DNA of 64,000 nt, taken from the NCBI GenBank assembly GCA_951406725.2, contig OX597825.1, positions 12,028,001-12,092,000 of the forward strand, written 5' to 3'. The stretch comes from Octopus vulgaris (Eukaryota). Under the pieces are notes generated by a model, which was not told the origin of the DNA, searched no databases, and saw only the letters and a list, made by a program, of their open reading frames with translations. Made by a program: the position numbers and the translations under genes. Shown here piece by piece: positions 12,428 to 26,199 of the stretch; position 1 is the first letter of the stretch; the number at the start of each line of letters is the position of its first letter.

Positions 12428-15400
12428 ATATAAATGAAAAGAGAAAAAATACTGAACGTAGGAAATTGGAGGTGCTCTGAGTCGCAAAAAGTTTACAATG
12501 ATGTTTTTAAACATAGATTGTTTAGTGTGCCTATGAGAATAAGATTCTTATGTTTTGTCACTGTTCAACCATCTCACACAATATATATTTCTAACTGAGG
12601 GTTCAAATTCTTTCTCTCTAACTCTACATAATCTTACCCATATGTGCGAAAATATTTATGGTAGAATATTCTGTTTGCTTTAATGCAGATATGACGATTC
12701 CAAACAATGCCCTTTCGAGAGGGTGGGCCGTTAAATGATATTGCGAGGATAGTTTAAGAGACATGATGCTGAAATAAATACTGTCGATGTAAAGGTTGTT
12801 TCGGATAGAAACATATTTGGAGCTCATTTGGATCGGTAATTAAAAGGGATAATCCAAACGTCCTTGTTAAGGTTAAACTTCGCAGACTTGTTAGCTGGGT
12901 GTGTCAAATTTAGCTCGGACTTCTGTTTTTATCCGACGGAAGCAAGCATTATATTTGTTTTGTAGTTATCTTTGCTGTTCCTCTTTTACAGTCCCAGCTA
13001 AACCTTCATAAAAATGGCCTGTGACCAAATGAATGTCATATAAAATTCATATTAAAAAATTCAGTAACCAGAAAGGCCACAGATTTTAGAATAGCACAAT
13101 ATATCATGTCGGGATTTTGATTGCCTTTTCTGCCAGCTTGAATGAGCGAGTGTACTTGTGTTCGGATAATTAGGCATCAGGATGAATGTGAATGCAAGGA
13201 AGTGACATTTCTGGCGACAAAGAATTTTTTAAAATATAATATCCTTACGAATCTCTTTGCAAGCTACACAAACGAAACTCAACCAACAGACTGTCAGTCA
13301 GATAATTTTGCATTTTACCCTGCTACTACAATTTTATCTTCTATATAGAACTCTCTGGTCCCATGCCATATCCATCCTCGGTGCTCAAATATCACTCCTC
13401 GCCCGTTCTGTTTCCCCACCAGAAATCTACCACGTACAAACCACTACATACATTCCTACCTGCCAACAACTTTAGCACTGTTGGGCTCCCTTCATATTTC
13501 ATATTTCTCTTCAGCCATATCATCCCGATTATTCTCACTTCATAAATACTGAAAATGCGCAGCTGCAGTCCTTTTGGCTGAGCAAATGTTAAAAAAAATC
13601 TCACAAACAAGCAAATCTCAAACTGTAATGAAGGATCCAGTATCTGAAGATTTTGACAGATTTTATCACTATGAAACGGTTGTGTGAGGTGTTGTCATGA
13701 ATGTGCCAAGATTTTCATTCTCGACTGGCGATAAAATGAGAAAACATTTGCTCTGCCTGAAAGAAATATTAACTCAATATTTTAAAAAGGAGATGCATTT
13801 CTTGGTTCCTCATTATATTCGTACGTTTTAAAACTTCATAATTATTTATATTAAATTGAGGATTATTTTCAAGGGATATTTGTGTCAACCTTCTTTTACG
13901 TTTGTATATATTTATTGCGTGTGTTGTCATGTATGTTTGAGATGTTTAATTACATTGATATTGATATCTAGTGGTGAGGGTATTCGCTGTTTGTTGCTAT
14001 GATTTAATTTGTAGCAATGGAAATTTCCCCAAGTGTATTTATCAAGACAAGTTTATCTTTACAATTGCAAAGTGATTCCTCCGCCAAGGTCACCACACTA
14101 CAATTCTCAAAACCTGTCCTCAATTTGCTCAGCAAAATTGCGCTTTAAATTTTTATATGAAACGCAATCATAAAAGCAACCACGAAACAGGCGCTGATGT
14201 CAATATGCTTAGATATTCCAACATATAAATATACAAATTTAATTTCGACTCTAATAGTCTGACTTCAAAATATTTTCTTCTCAATAATATAAATATGAAT
14301 ACGTTTTAGCATTTGGAATTAAAGAACTTTTCAACGATGCAAAGAACATAGTTTCCGTTTTTTAAATTTACTGCGTTAACGCCTCTTCCTTGAGAAATAA
14401 CCCTTCATTCATAAACAACTGTTTTTTTCTGAAATATTCATGTGTTGCCCTCCGTTAAGTATATTAAAACAAAACGGGCAAGATGGCAACAACCTAATCA
14501 ACGATAATTTTAACATATTCATCTCCGAATGAAATATATGTAGTCTGTTGTAAATGGCATGCTGTTTCAAACACACACACACACACACACAAACACTAAA
14601 CACACACATATGTACTTTACCCGGTGCAATTGAAGTGTTAGGCAAGAGATGTAATCTGATAAATTAAGAGAAAGGTAAGATACTGTTTCACCTCAAGTCG
14701 GTTGTTTAATATTTCTATTATAATTCGGGAAAGCTTCCCCTTATCAAATATAAGCTGTTAAGTAATGCAACTTCTCAGATAAAAAGCGTTTTGATCGTCA
14801 GTTTATTCTGGCGTGTTTTCACGCTACTCATAGACACCATATTACTCCACAGTTTCATTTCAAACTAGAGAATACATATAATATTTCAGCCGCTGCAATC
14901 GCTTCTTTCTACTCAGAAAATTCTGTATTTTTTGGTTTACTTGCAGACAAAACACAAATGTTTTGTTCGTATAATTTTATAGATATATGAATTGGGTTAA
15001 TCCTTTACTTTACAAGATACCACTTAATATATTTCGAAATGTATATGGGTCCTATATGCCAGTATTTGTGGCAAATATTACCTGTCAGATTTTAGCTAGA
15101 GTATTGTAAATTAGTAATTGTCTTTCCTTTTTCCATTGTCTTCTTCATTTACTTTCGAAATATCAAACTTATATCTAATTAATTATTAATGAGATAGAGA
15201 TTACTTTTGTCATACAGCTCTGTTTTAAGTATTAATCTAATACCTCTACAACATTACTTCCTAATATTCTTTTTCATTTGTGTGTGTTTCGCATTATTTG
15301 TGCCATTAAATCCTCCTAAGTATAAGCAACTCTGTTGAATCTCGCACGATATTAGTGTTAATAATATTTCTACCTTCAAGGTTTGTTTAAGGCATTTGTT

Positions 15401-15667
15401 TCTAAAACGAATCACATTTCACTTTCTAAAGTAAATCTGTGAGGTGCTTCTAGCAATAATTCTAGCTGTAAATACATGAATCGAGGCCGACCATGAACAG
15501 ATGAAGCCTAATGTGTTACCATAGAAACTGTCTCCGTGATCGGTTCTGTTTAATATGTTGGTTAAATCGTAGCATCATCAAACAATAAAATATTCGGGAG
15601 AGGGAGTTACGTTGAAATATTTCTCTGAAAATCAAGAATGAGTTGGAATTTTCACTCACAATTCCTT

Positions 15668-16047
15668 CACGCCGGGCGAAATGCTTCGCAGTATTTCGTC
15701 TGCCGTTACGTTCTGTGTTCAAATTCCGCCGAGGTCGACTTTGCCTTTCATCCTTTCGGTTAAATAAGTACCAGTTACGCACTGGGGTCGATATAATCGA
15801 CTTAATCCGTTTGTCTGTCCTTGTTTGTCCTCTCTGTGCTTAGCCCCTTGTGGGTAACAAAGAAATAGTTATTTCGTCTGCCGTTACGTTCTGAGTTCAA
15901 ATTCCGCCGAGGTCGACTTTGCCTTTCATCCTTTCGGAGTCGATAAATTAAGTGCCAGTTACGCACTGGGGTCAATGTAATCGACTTAATCCATTTGTCT
16001 GTCCTTGTGTGTCCCCTTTATGTGTAGTCCCTTATGGGCAATAAATA
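15668..16047 (+). mobile_element. SINE family A tandem dimer, 5' end clipped
   Basis: Two units 178 bp apart (TATTTCGTCTGCCG at 15692 and 15870). Confidence 0.92.
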
Positions 16048-16242
16048 ATTAAAGAATTAAATATAATTCCTTCAATTATATATCCAAATGTTTGGCGTGC
16101 AATGACATATCTGTTTATTACTGGTGCTATCGCATTCATAATTTTTCCATGTAAGGGACACTGTCACAAACCATTTGGTTTTCAAATCCATGCGACAAGT
16201 AAACCCATTTGTCCTCATTTTACAGTCTTCAATATGGATCGA

Positions 16243-16422
16243 TTCAAATTTTGGCACAAGACCAGAAATCTTCAGTTACTTTGCCGATTCTTATTTTATC
16301 GACCATGAAAGAATGAAAGGTAAAGTCGCCTCAGCGGTATTTGAACTCAGAACGGAACGTAAACATAGGCGAAACGCCGATAACCATTTTCCCGGTGCAC
16401 TACCGATTCCACCTGCTCGCAG
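16243..16422 (-). mobile_element. Degenerate SINE family A copy
   Basis: TTTTATCGACC..GAAAGAATGAAAGGTAAAGTCGCCTCAGCGGTATTTGAACTCAGAACG on the plus strand. Confidence 0.8.
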
Positions 16423-16599
16423 CTTGATCTATCAGTAATATTGATATTTACTTTCATAAGAACACTCAAAATACCAGTTTTATTCGTTTCTAAACAAACT
16501 TCTTTTTGCCTCCAGTAGTTTATGCTCAGCAAAATTATTTCAGTTGAGGCATTTGTGTGCGGTTCAAATGCGGGTCATAGATCAGTTGGTGTTATAGTT

Positions 16600-16790
16600 T
16601 GCTGTTTCTTGAATGTTGGAAATTAAGATATCTTTCTTCCCAATAAACCATTCAAGTATTGCACTCTGCTTATTCTCTTTATTCTGCTCTGTTGGTATCA
16701 GAATAAATACCTTTGCCAAAAACGTGTGTGTCCTACCTACATATTACCTCCACTAGAAATTTTATACCCCACTTTGTCTTTCTGACCTCT
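16600..16790 (-). mobile_element. Penelope-like element GIY-YIG endonuclease relic
   Basis: Hand translation DKVGYKISSGGNM*VGHTRFWQRY, then NKQSAILEW after a frameshift, resembling the PLE pattern VVYKIxCxCGxxYIGQT...SAIxEH. Heavily decayed. Confidence 0.5.
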
Positions 16791-17454
16791 TGCCGTTTGA
16801 TTTATGTATCACTCATTTTCAACTTATTCTGTTGCGGTGGCCACAACACTGTGTGTATTACTGTTAGATTGCACTCATGCTGATTATTCTATCATCCATT
16901 GTCGTTCCTAAAATGCTTTCTACTTTGATTTCTTGTTGTGAATGATGTCATGATAACTATTTTATTTTTCACCAAGTTCTTGATAAAATCGCTTCGGTCT
17001 GGAGTCTGTAATATTTTATTTGTTCAAAGAACTGTTTTTGCTCTTTATTTTCGTTAGATTTTTATTTGTTATATAATATTTCTGTTGTATTTGATTCTTC
17101 CTTTTTTCTCATCTGCATAAGTTTGTTATTGAGTTCAATAAGAATCTAAATATATTGCTATTTACTATTTTATCAGTATAATTGATTTCCATCTTGTTTG
17201 CCGCTGTTTTGGTATGCCTACATGACCAAGTCAGAGAGCTACTAGTCGCGGCATGTATAATTTACTTTAGACTTGCAATATTAATGTTTGTGTATTTCAA
17301 CTGTATTGTGGGCTGCGTTTACGATCGTATTTTATTGTTAATGCTAATTCATTATAGAACGATGTACATGGAATATATTATCATTTGTCCATAGGAAAAA
17401 AGCTCGAATGTTTAACACTTCTATAATTATTACCAAAGTTAGAATGTCATGACA

Positions 17455-17691
17455 TAAGGTGGCGAGCTGGCAGTATCGTTAGCACTCCGGGCGAAATGCT
17501 TAGCAGTATTTCGTCTGTCGCTATGTTCTGAGTTCAAATTCCGCCGAGGTTGACTTTGCCTTTTATCCTTTCGGGGTCGATTAAATAAGTACCAGTTAGG
17601 CACTGGGGTCGATATAATCGACTTAATCCGTTTGTCTGTCCTTGTTTGTCCTCTCTGTGTTTAGCCCCTTGTGGGTAGTAAAAGAATAGAT
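17455..17691 (+). mobile_element. Full-length SINE family A monomer with TSD
   Basis: Complete head to ...GTGGGTAGTAAAAGAATAG tail; flanked by TGTCATGACA at 17445-17454 and 17692-17701. Confidence 0.95.
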
Positions 17692-18359
17692 TGTCATGAC
17701 ACTCTTCTCGAAGTGAAGCAAACAGATAGGGAGTCGTTAAAGGGGAAAAAGAAGAGATCTTCCTCCAGATCCAGCCGAAAGAAGTGGAACCGATCCCTAA
17801 TTTTATTCATCTCCTCTATGGTGTGGGGTTGCACTTGAGGGCAGAAGGCACGATGCCAATTGCGTGGCACGTATGGCCACTTCAAAGTTTCCCTTCTCGA
17901 ACAAAATGAAGTGCATTAACGCAGCTAAATGGAAGATTGAAATGGAAGATTGAGATGAGCCCTATCGTCAACATAATCCATTATATCATTAGCCCAAAAT
18001 TTCAGGTCCGTTGCTTAAAAGTAGAAAGAATCACTATAAATAACCTAAAGGCAACAAACTGGGAGACACATTAATAAGTCGGACAACATCCTTACAGGTA
18101 GAAATCTTTTACTTCTTTAAGTTCAGGCTTTAAAGTTTGTCAAGGTAGTCTTAGTCTTTCCTGCTTCGTGGTTGATAAAATAGTAACATTTGAACACTGG
18201 TGTCGATGTTACGGATTTCTCACTCATGTAAAAATTGTTGCTCTTGTCCCAAATTTCAAACAATGATTATGAATATTATCGCAAATGGTAGTTCAAACAG
18301 TTGCAGTGATGGTGATGGTAAGCATTGTTGTTGTTGCTGGAATAGTTATTCGTTAGTCG

Positions 18360-18500
18360 TTTCTTTATATGCTTTTTTGAAAGTTCTGTGCTCGTGAAAG
18401 ATTTCATTTCAATAGCGAAAAAAACTGAATTCAGAAGTTCTGTTTCTGTTTTGATTAACTTAATCTTACACCAAGTTTCCACCCTGTTTTGTTTAAATAA
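18360..18500 (-). mobile_element. Possible Penelope-like endonuclease relic
   Basis: ORF track peptide KTETELLN...MKSFTSTELSKKHI resembles the PLE motif TETEFKxRxxNHxKSF...STELSKHIW. Confidence 0.4.
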
Positions 18501-19239
18501 TATTTACTTCTTGTAGAGTTGGCATGTAGCCTGCAGTATGGCGGGATTTGACAAAGAAAAATTTGGTAGCAATGAAATCGTGATCGCAATAGTTTAATTA
18601 TAGCACAGAACTGCGACAATAATTGGCACTAAGTCTGCTGTTAACAGTAACAATAGGAAAAGTATCTGCCATAAAGCGTAAAGTGTAAGAAAATATGTTG
18701 CTGAAGTTAAAATAAATCATTACCAAGAAAACAGAATTACTTGTAACAACAGCTGCGCTTACAAGAAAAAAGAAACTAGACAATCTTCTAAATTATTGAA
18801 GAACAGGAACGAGAATGTTGGAACCAAAATCAGTGTGTATAATGTATCAGTCGACGAGAAAGATATGGCAACGAAAAATCCCTCATTCTAACAAAAACAA
18901 AGATAATAAATTCGCATAATGTTTCGATATTAATAATTATATTGTTGGTGGATATTTTCCGTGTAAATTGCTTCGCTTGTTCAATTCTGCCTTCAAAAAT
19001 CACCTTCACTTTTTGTCTCGCATGTATTATCTCGACACGCCCTGGAACACTCTTGCTACCACAAGACTGGGGAAACATATTCACTGATCTTAAGTGACAA
19101 GAACGATATCCCAGTCATTCTCATAGATATTACTACATTGTTATATTGGTTTCAGGTTTTGGCAAAAGTCCAGCAGATTAGGAGTGGTGGTAAGCCAGTT
19201 ACATCGACATCGACCTCGATGTGCGTGTTCGTATGTATA

Positions 19240-19275
<36 letters not shown>

Positions 19276-19713
19276 TGTATGTATGTATGTATGTGTGTGT
19301 GTATGTGTGTATGCATGTATGTATGTGTGTAAGTAAGTATTTATCAGTAGGACAATTTAAATGTACTTTGGTGTATATATGTATATTATAGAAGGTCTAG
19401 CATGCGTATATACTGCTGAAAAAATATTTATGTAATATAGCGTGAACATTTTAATTTTAATTTTAATGTATTAATTAATTTAAATTTCTTATATGATTAT
19501 TTACCATATGTATTTGGAATCTGTCCTTCGATTTATGGTTTTCTTCGATGTTACAATACGATGAATTTATACTAAATTTATTTTGTTCTCTGCATGCTTA
19601 AGACCGTTAGTTGAAAGGCCCAATGAAACAAAACCATTTTCGAAGGTGTGTCCTTTAAACTAATTTTATTTTATTTTTGTTTGATTATATTGCCATTTCT
19701 GTTCCATTCTAAC

Positions 19714-19759
19714 AAAACTGTTCGACGAACGGGAACATGAAACTCTGAGTAACAGTTTT
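19714..19759 (+). ncRNA. Degenerate type I hammerhead ribozyme motif
   Basis: AAAACUGU-UCGACGA-ACGGGAACAU-GAAA-CUCUGAG-UA-ACAGUUUU: perfect 8-bp stem I, near-palindromic stem III, GUA triplet. The core reads UCGACGA instead of CUGANGA and stem II is broken. Confidence 0.6.
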
Positions 19760-19974
19760 TGTGATGTTTCTGCTGCTTTTAAATAAAGCATATTACTCTA
19801 CCTCCTGGTATTTGAGTACTCTTTTTTCCACCTTGTTTCACATTTATGCGCTTACTGCGATATATATATATAAAAGTTAATCCAAACATGAAAGCAAAAA
19901 AAAAACACAACAACGCGAGGACGTGGAACAAATATAGTATTATTGGGTGCTCAGGAAAGAAGGAAAGAACGAGG

Positions 19975-20009
19975 GTTTAACGTTTCGAGCTGAGCTCTTC
20001 GCCGGAAAC
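19975..20009 (-). ncRNA. Degenerate minimal (PLE-type) hammerhead
   Basis: GUUU-CCGGCGA-A-GAGC UCA GCUC-GAAA-CG-UU-AAAC: stems I and II pair, stem III is the palindrome ACGU; two core substitutions (U4C, A6G). Confidence 0.7.
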
Positions 20010-20084
20010 ATAGGGGAAGGAAAGATCCAGAGAAGGGAAGACAGGAAAAAGAATCGCCAACGGTACACACGCGGTCTCATTTTG

Positions 20085-20126
<42 letters not shown>

Positions 20127-20129
20127 CAA

Positions 20130-20251
20130 TGGGTTCCTTTCAATTTCTCTCTACCAAATTCACTCACTCAGCTTAGTTTGGTCAGGGGCTATAGTACGAG
20201 ACACTTAACTAAACTTCCACATTTCCACGCAGTGTGACTCAACCTGGCGCC
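20130..20251 (-). mobile_element. SINE family B 5' fragment
   Basis: CTACCAAATTCACTCAC...GGCTATAGTA...CCACGCAGTGTGACTCAACC matches family B; an isolated family B 3' tail lies at about 20949-21030. Confidence 0.7.
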
Positions 20252-20895
20252 TAAAACGATTGTGTTCCCATCCCGGCCACTCGGGTGAAAACCAAGAACC
20301 ACTAAACCGCATTAAAATAATGAAATTGCTATTACATGCCAATGGTTACAAGCTGTTAATACAAATTTCTATTAATGATGTTTCTCATATCGCATCGAGT
20401 TTTAAGTTTATAGCTTGTGACTCATAGAGTTATAAGCCATAAGATACTTTCGAGTTGATAAAAGAAAGGCCAAAAAGCTATCTGCGAATCTTGAGCCATC
20501 AGTATGCCATATCACAGACAGCCGTTTAGAAATAATTTCAGAACAAATAATTCTTGTTTTAGTAACTTTTACTGTTGCTGTTTTCCTTTCTTTTTTTTCT
20601 GGTTATTGCGGTTCGACTTAGCTCATCCCTAATAAAAGCAACCGATGATAAAATAAAATTAACGACGACCATCTCATCATTTGATAGTTTACTTTGGACT
20701 ATAAAATCTAATATGTTTTTCCCGTATTTCTGTAGCTTCTGTGGTGTGATTAAAGCGAGATTTTCTCCAGACTTCTAGCGACAGAACACGAAGAAACGCC
20801 CACCTGTCATTGGCTGGTTTTCATTTTAAGTTGTGTTCTACTGATACATGCATAAGTACACACACACTCACACACACACATACATACATATAAAC

Positions 20896-20950
<55 letters not shown>

Positions 20951-21796
20951 CTTTTATTCTTTTACTTCTTTCAGTCATTTGACTGCGGCCATGCTGGAGC
21001 ACTGCCTTTATATACGTCGACCACAGGAATTAACTGATACTTTGTTGTGTCAATTCCAAAATAAAAATAAAAATATTAAAGATTGAACTCAGAACTTTGA
21101 GACGGGAGAAATAGAAAAAGAAAAACAAAAAAAAAAAACACACGAAAATCAAAAAGCATTTTCTACGCCGTCACAATTCCACCAACTTGCCAATTTGGTT
21201 ACAAATCAAATCGGAATAAAGATAGGATAACCATAATTCTTGATAATATATATTGACATGTGGCTTCAGACAAATGAGCTCGTAAACTATACATGTCTGC
21301 ACAATGGAACACATATTTCAATTCATGAGTTTTTATTCTATCCTTCTGAATGAAACAACGAAACGACTGCTTCATGGGGAGCGGAGACTGAATTTCTGAA
21401 ACAAAGTATGTCTCTTTAAACAGAGTGTGTCTATTTAAATGAAATTTTCCATATATCCCGCGAGAAATAATTTTTCAATTGAATAAACCAGTCATAAATG
21501 AGAATTAACCGTTTACCGAGATTTATGTCTCAACTGTAAGACATAGCGCAATCGGTTTGCACATTTGGCTGTTAACCGAAAGGATGGTAGTTCGAGCACA
21601 CCCAAACAACAGTTGGTATTTAAACACTGATTCCGGGTACAGTCCCTCTGCGTGTCACATTGGTTCAGTGTCGGGAAGAACAAAGCCTTGTGAGTCGATT
21701 TGGTAGACAGAAACTGAAAGTAGTTTGTCTGTCACCTTTTACGATTTTCTTCCATTTTGGGGTTTTATATATATATATATATATACATACATATAC

Positions 21797-21835
<39 letters not shown>

Positions 21836-21862
21836 CGTATACCTTCGGTCTCCTGTTTGTAA

Positions 21863-21910
<48 letters not shown>

Positions 21911-22064
21911 ATTTTAAATTTATATCTAATGTAGGATAACATTTTTTCGAAAAAAGAAATTTTATCAATAGTCAGCATATCAAAAACATGGTTACAAATG
22001 GACAATATGCCCAATTTTCGGCATATTTGGCATTATAAATGTTTTCGTTTGCCCTTATTTATAA

Positions 22065-22127
<63 letters not shown>

Positions 22128-23214
22128 ATATATACATATTTCCAAATGTTGTACGACTCTTTTACTCTTTCCTTTACCCCCCCCCACTTCTTCGTTCCTT
22201 CTGCTTTTCTTTTTCTCGCTCCCACCCTCTCTCACATTTCTTAGCCTTCCCTTCATTCTCATCACTTTCCCTACTCCTTTACCTCACTCTGTCCCTTTCC
22301 TTTTTTTTCTCTCTTCCTCGTCCCTCCCTATTTCTTCAATCCCTCTACCTCCTACCTCTCTCCTCTCCTTCCACGTGACCGGTGTCTGACCGATGTCTGA
22401 CCTTTCTTTCTCGGTTCGACTACCATCCGTGTAGCATCTCTTATATTTCTTCCCATGATCTAAATTGTTCTTCTACTGTAATCCCAAGGCCTGAAACTTT
22501 TCAAGTGGGTGGTCAATAACACCAAACCTAATGCTTAGTTGGTACTTTCGTAGCCCCCGTCCCCCAAAGGATAAAAGTCAAAATATAATTTTGGCGATTG
22601 AAATACCGCTAGGGATTAGACCCGGTGTACTAAAAATTCTGTCAGATCGCCACCTTTCAACTCAATTATAATGCAGAGACAATTTAAAGAAGATAACCGA
22701 TTTCGGCTGCAGCACTTTGAGCATTACTTTACTTCATCAAGATTGACTTGGAGGTAAGTAACAACGCGACGCAGATAAACATTCTATACAATCACATTTA
22801 CGTATAAAAATATATTTAGTAACAACCAAGGGCGATATCAAAATCAGCAGCCTAATCATAAAATATATGCTACTGCACACTTCTCATTTCAGCAAATTTG
22901 TTGTAAGACACCTGCAACAATAGCAACATAACGCACGCTACCTCAAAATGATGCAGTATGATAAACATAGTAGAATATTTGTTCTATTAAAATGACTAAA
23001 CATAATAAAGTGATACAATATACATACATAGATGTATATAGATGTATATATGTGTGTATATATGTAGGCTGAAAGAAGATTAGAGATGTATACAAATCAT
23101 ATTTTTTATATATAAAGGATATATATATATATATATATATACATATTTATAAATATGGGTTGAAAAAACGATTAGAGATGTATACAAATCAATATTTTAT
23201 ATATGAAGGATACG

Positions 23215-23249
<35 letters not shown>

Positions 23250-23373
23250 GTTTGTGTGCGTGTGTACATATATACATATATATATTTGCATATATAATTA
23301 TTGGTATATGTATATTTACACATTTTACACATACATAACTATGTATATATGTATGTATATATACATTTATATA

Positions 23374-23479
<106 letters not shown>

Positions 23480-25819
23480 ATATACATACACACAAGCATA
23501 CACACACATATACATAGAGATAGTGAGAGAAAGAGAGAGAGAGAGAGAGATAAAGGGGGAGGTGGGGTGAGTGAGAGAAAGAAAAAAGGAAATGAGGTAA
23601 CAATGTTGACTCTGTAGAGAATGAATATACTGTTAGAAAGAAATAATAAATCTCATTAATAGATAATTATCTCGAAGTCTGAATACAGATGTACTGATAT
23701 GAAATATTACTGCCATTATCTTTCTTCACCCTATTTACACAATGTCTGCCGATCTATATATGTATATTTGCGTATGTACATATATATGAAGATATAAGTG
23801 TATATGTATGTGTGTGCGTGTCTGTGTGTGTTGTATGTATCAGGAGAACACGGCTTAAAATGAAAACCAACTTATGACAGGTGGCGTTTATACGTGTTCT
23901 GTCGCTAGAAGTCTGTAGCAAATCTCACTTTAATCACACCGCACAACCTATAGAAATATGGTAACAATCTATTAAGATGTTAGAGTCTGAAACAAACTAG
24001 CAAAAGATGAGATGGTCATCATTTGAATTATTTTATCGTTGTTTTGTGTTATTTGGGATGACCGATGTCACGATAGCAAGCATTACAGCGGCGATGAGAT
24101 TGTCTAGAAGGAAAACGCGTTGAGTGAAACGTATAAGCAAATATAACCGATATGGCATATTTAACCGTATTTTCTTAAACAATGAAATGCGCAACATGTG
24201 AATATTGTTACGATGCTTTTGTACATGCAACAGAGTTGGATACGGATTCGTATGTACTAAGTAACTGTGACCTAATGCAGAGTGTTGTACATACTATAAG
24301 CTAACTGTTTTGGTAATCATTCAAAACCTACTTTCTGATTGGTCACAAGTAAGCATAAATAGAACTTCCAATTGCGCAGAACGTTCAAAAGGCAATATCA
24401 GCCACGTCGTTTTGTAGCAATATAAAATGCAATTGGAGATGGAGAGAGCATGCGCACAACTTTGTATTCGTTGAATATAGGAAGTGGAGCAGACACACGT
24501 TTGCCATCTCAAAGACTACATTCCTTAATACGGCAACAGCACAATAGACAATATAAATTTACATAGCTAAGAAGATGGTTAGTTTGTGACAGGAAGTTTT
24601 CGACCATTCATCTACTTGAACTATTTTGGCTGGTAGCCAACAAATAACAATTATAAAACAATGAATTAAGCGATTTTTTTGTGTTTAAACCAAGGCCAGC
24701 CTTAAAGAAAGCGACAACGTATAATAAAAATTACTTTCGTCTGTGATCGCTCTCTCGTAATCTTTTCAAACTATCGATTCAGTACAATACTGTTTAACAC
24801 CTTTTCCGTTTAAATAAGCAGTACTGAGTCGATTGACGGAGATTCAGCTGGTTTTTCTAGTAAATATATTGACAATATAGAAGGATCCCTAGCTGGTTCT
24901 TTGAAGAGTGGATATTTCATCAATATGTTACTAAGTAGGTTCAAGAAATAAAGGTTTGAAGCTATCTATGTAGAAAGTAACCATGTAGCCATCTGTTTAC
25001 AACTGGCTTAATTTTGAAATCTGTTTAACAATTTACTGAGACAAATATTGATTTAATGAAGTGATTTTAAATTCTCAAACGCAGGATAATGCTAATAATA
25101 TAGAATGAACAGTATAAGCTACCACTAATTTGCAGAAAAAAGTGATGTTTCTCTCTCCCCCTCTCTCCCTCTCTCTCTCTCTTCCCCCTCTCTCTCCTTC
25201 TCCCTCTGTTCTACTCCATATATTTATTCATCTATCAACGAAGTCATCTACTTGTTCTCTTCATCCTTTAATATCCTCACTGTAAATGCTGTACATACTC
25301 TCAATTTCCATTTCATTATGAAATCAATATAATTTAAACCAGTCTCGATATGGCTGAAATTTATTTTGAAACGTAACAGAACGTCAGTAATTACAAAGCA
25401 TTCTACGCCTCAGGATATCATACTTTATGCAATACGCCATTTTGAATAGCAGTGAATACCAACAAGAACAATATCTTGGTACGTAAAAGTTAGTACAAAT
25501 ATATGGAACATGTGTGTCTCTAGTACTGTACCTAACCATAAATTTTAAATCTGAGATAAACAGAAATTAATATTGACTTCGAACTTATACACATTAGTAT
25601 TAATGAAGGAATTTATAATGGCACCAACCTCAATAATTCACATAGCTTCGCATCATTGCAGAAAGACTTCTAAAATCTGAAATATAGCGTAATTTGGCGC
25701 AATTTATATCAGGGAATTTTAAATATTGTATGAGTTTCTCCGTTCAAGGAATTGACGCGGTGAGCTCATAAATAGGTAACCATGGATATAACTGGTGGTT
25801 CTTAGTGACGTTGTACTTA

Positions 25820-26199
25820 GTGGAGGCACCAAGGCCTTGTGGTTAGAGAAGCTGACTCGCGGTTTATAGGATCGGGGTTTCGATTCCCAGACCGGGCGAT
25901 GTGAGTGTTTATTGAGCAAAAATATTTAAGCTCCATGAGGCTCCGGCAGCGAGTGGTGGCGAACCCTGCAGTACTCTTTCACCACAACTTTCTCTCACTC
26001 TCTCTTCCTGTTTCTATTGTACCTATCTTTCGAAGGGCCAGCCTTGTCACAATCTCTGTCAAACTGAATCTCTCCGAGAAGTACGTTAGGGTACACGTGT
26101 CTGTGGAGTACTCAGCCACTTGGACGTTCATTTCCCGAGCAGGCTGTTCCGTTGATTGGATGAACTAGAACCCTGGTCGTCGTAACCGACGGAGTGCCG
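25820..26199 (+). mobile_element. SINE family D, full length
   Basis: GTGGAGGCACCAAGGCCTTGTGGTTAG head, GTTTCGATTCCC B-box, 3' end CGTCGTAACCGACGGAGTGCC; homologous along its length to 36656-37035. Confidence 0.9.

Noticed and set aside
12640-12880. Possible PLE RT thumb relic (RQYLFQH...RKGIV...ANRI)
   Set aside because: Similarity is too weak to call without a profile search.
13640-13690. CUGAAGA...GAAACGGUUGUG
   Set aside because: No closing stem II pair, no stem I, and G at the cleavage position.
15692-15870. SINE-A tandem unit as a hammerhead retrozyme (GACGAAA on the opposite strand)
   Set aside because: No CUGANGA core was found on either strand of the unit.
25820-25895. tRNA-like sequences with A and B boxes (also the heads of families A-C)
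   Set aside because: They continue into SINE bodies and lack a proper cloverleaf, so they are not tRNA genes.
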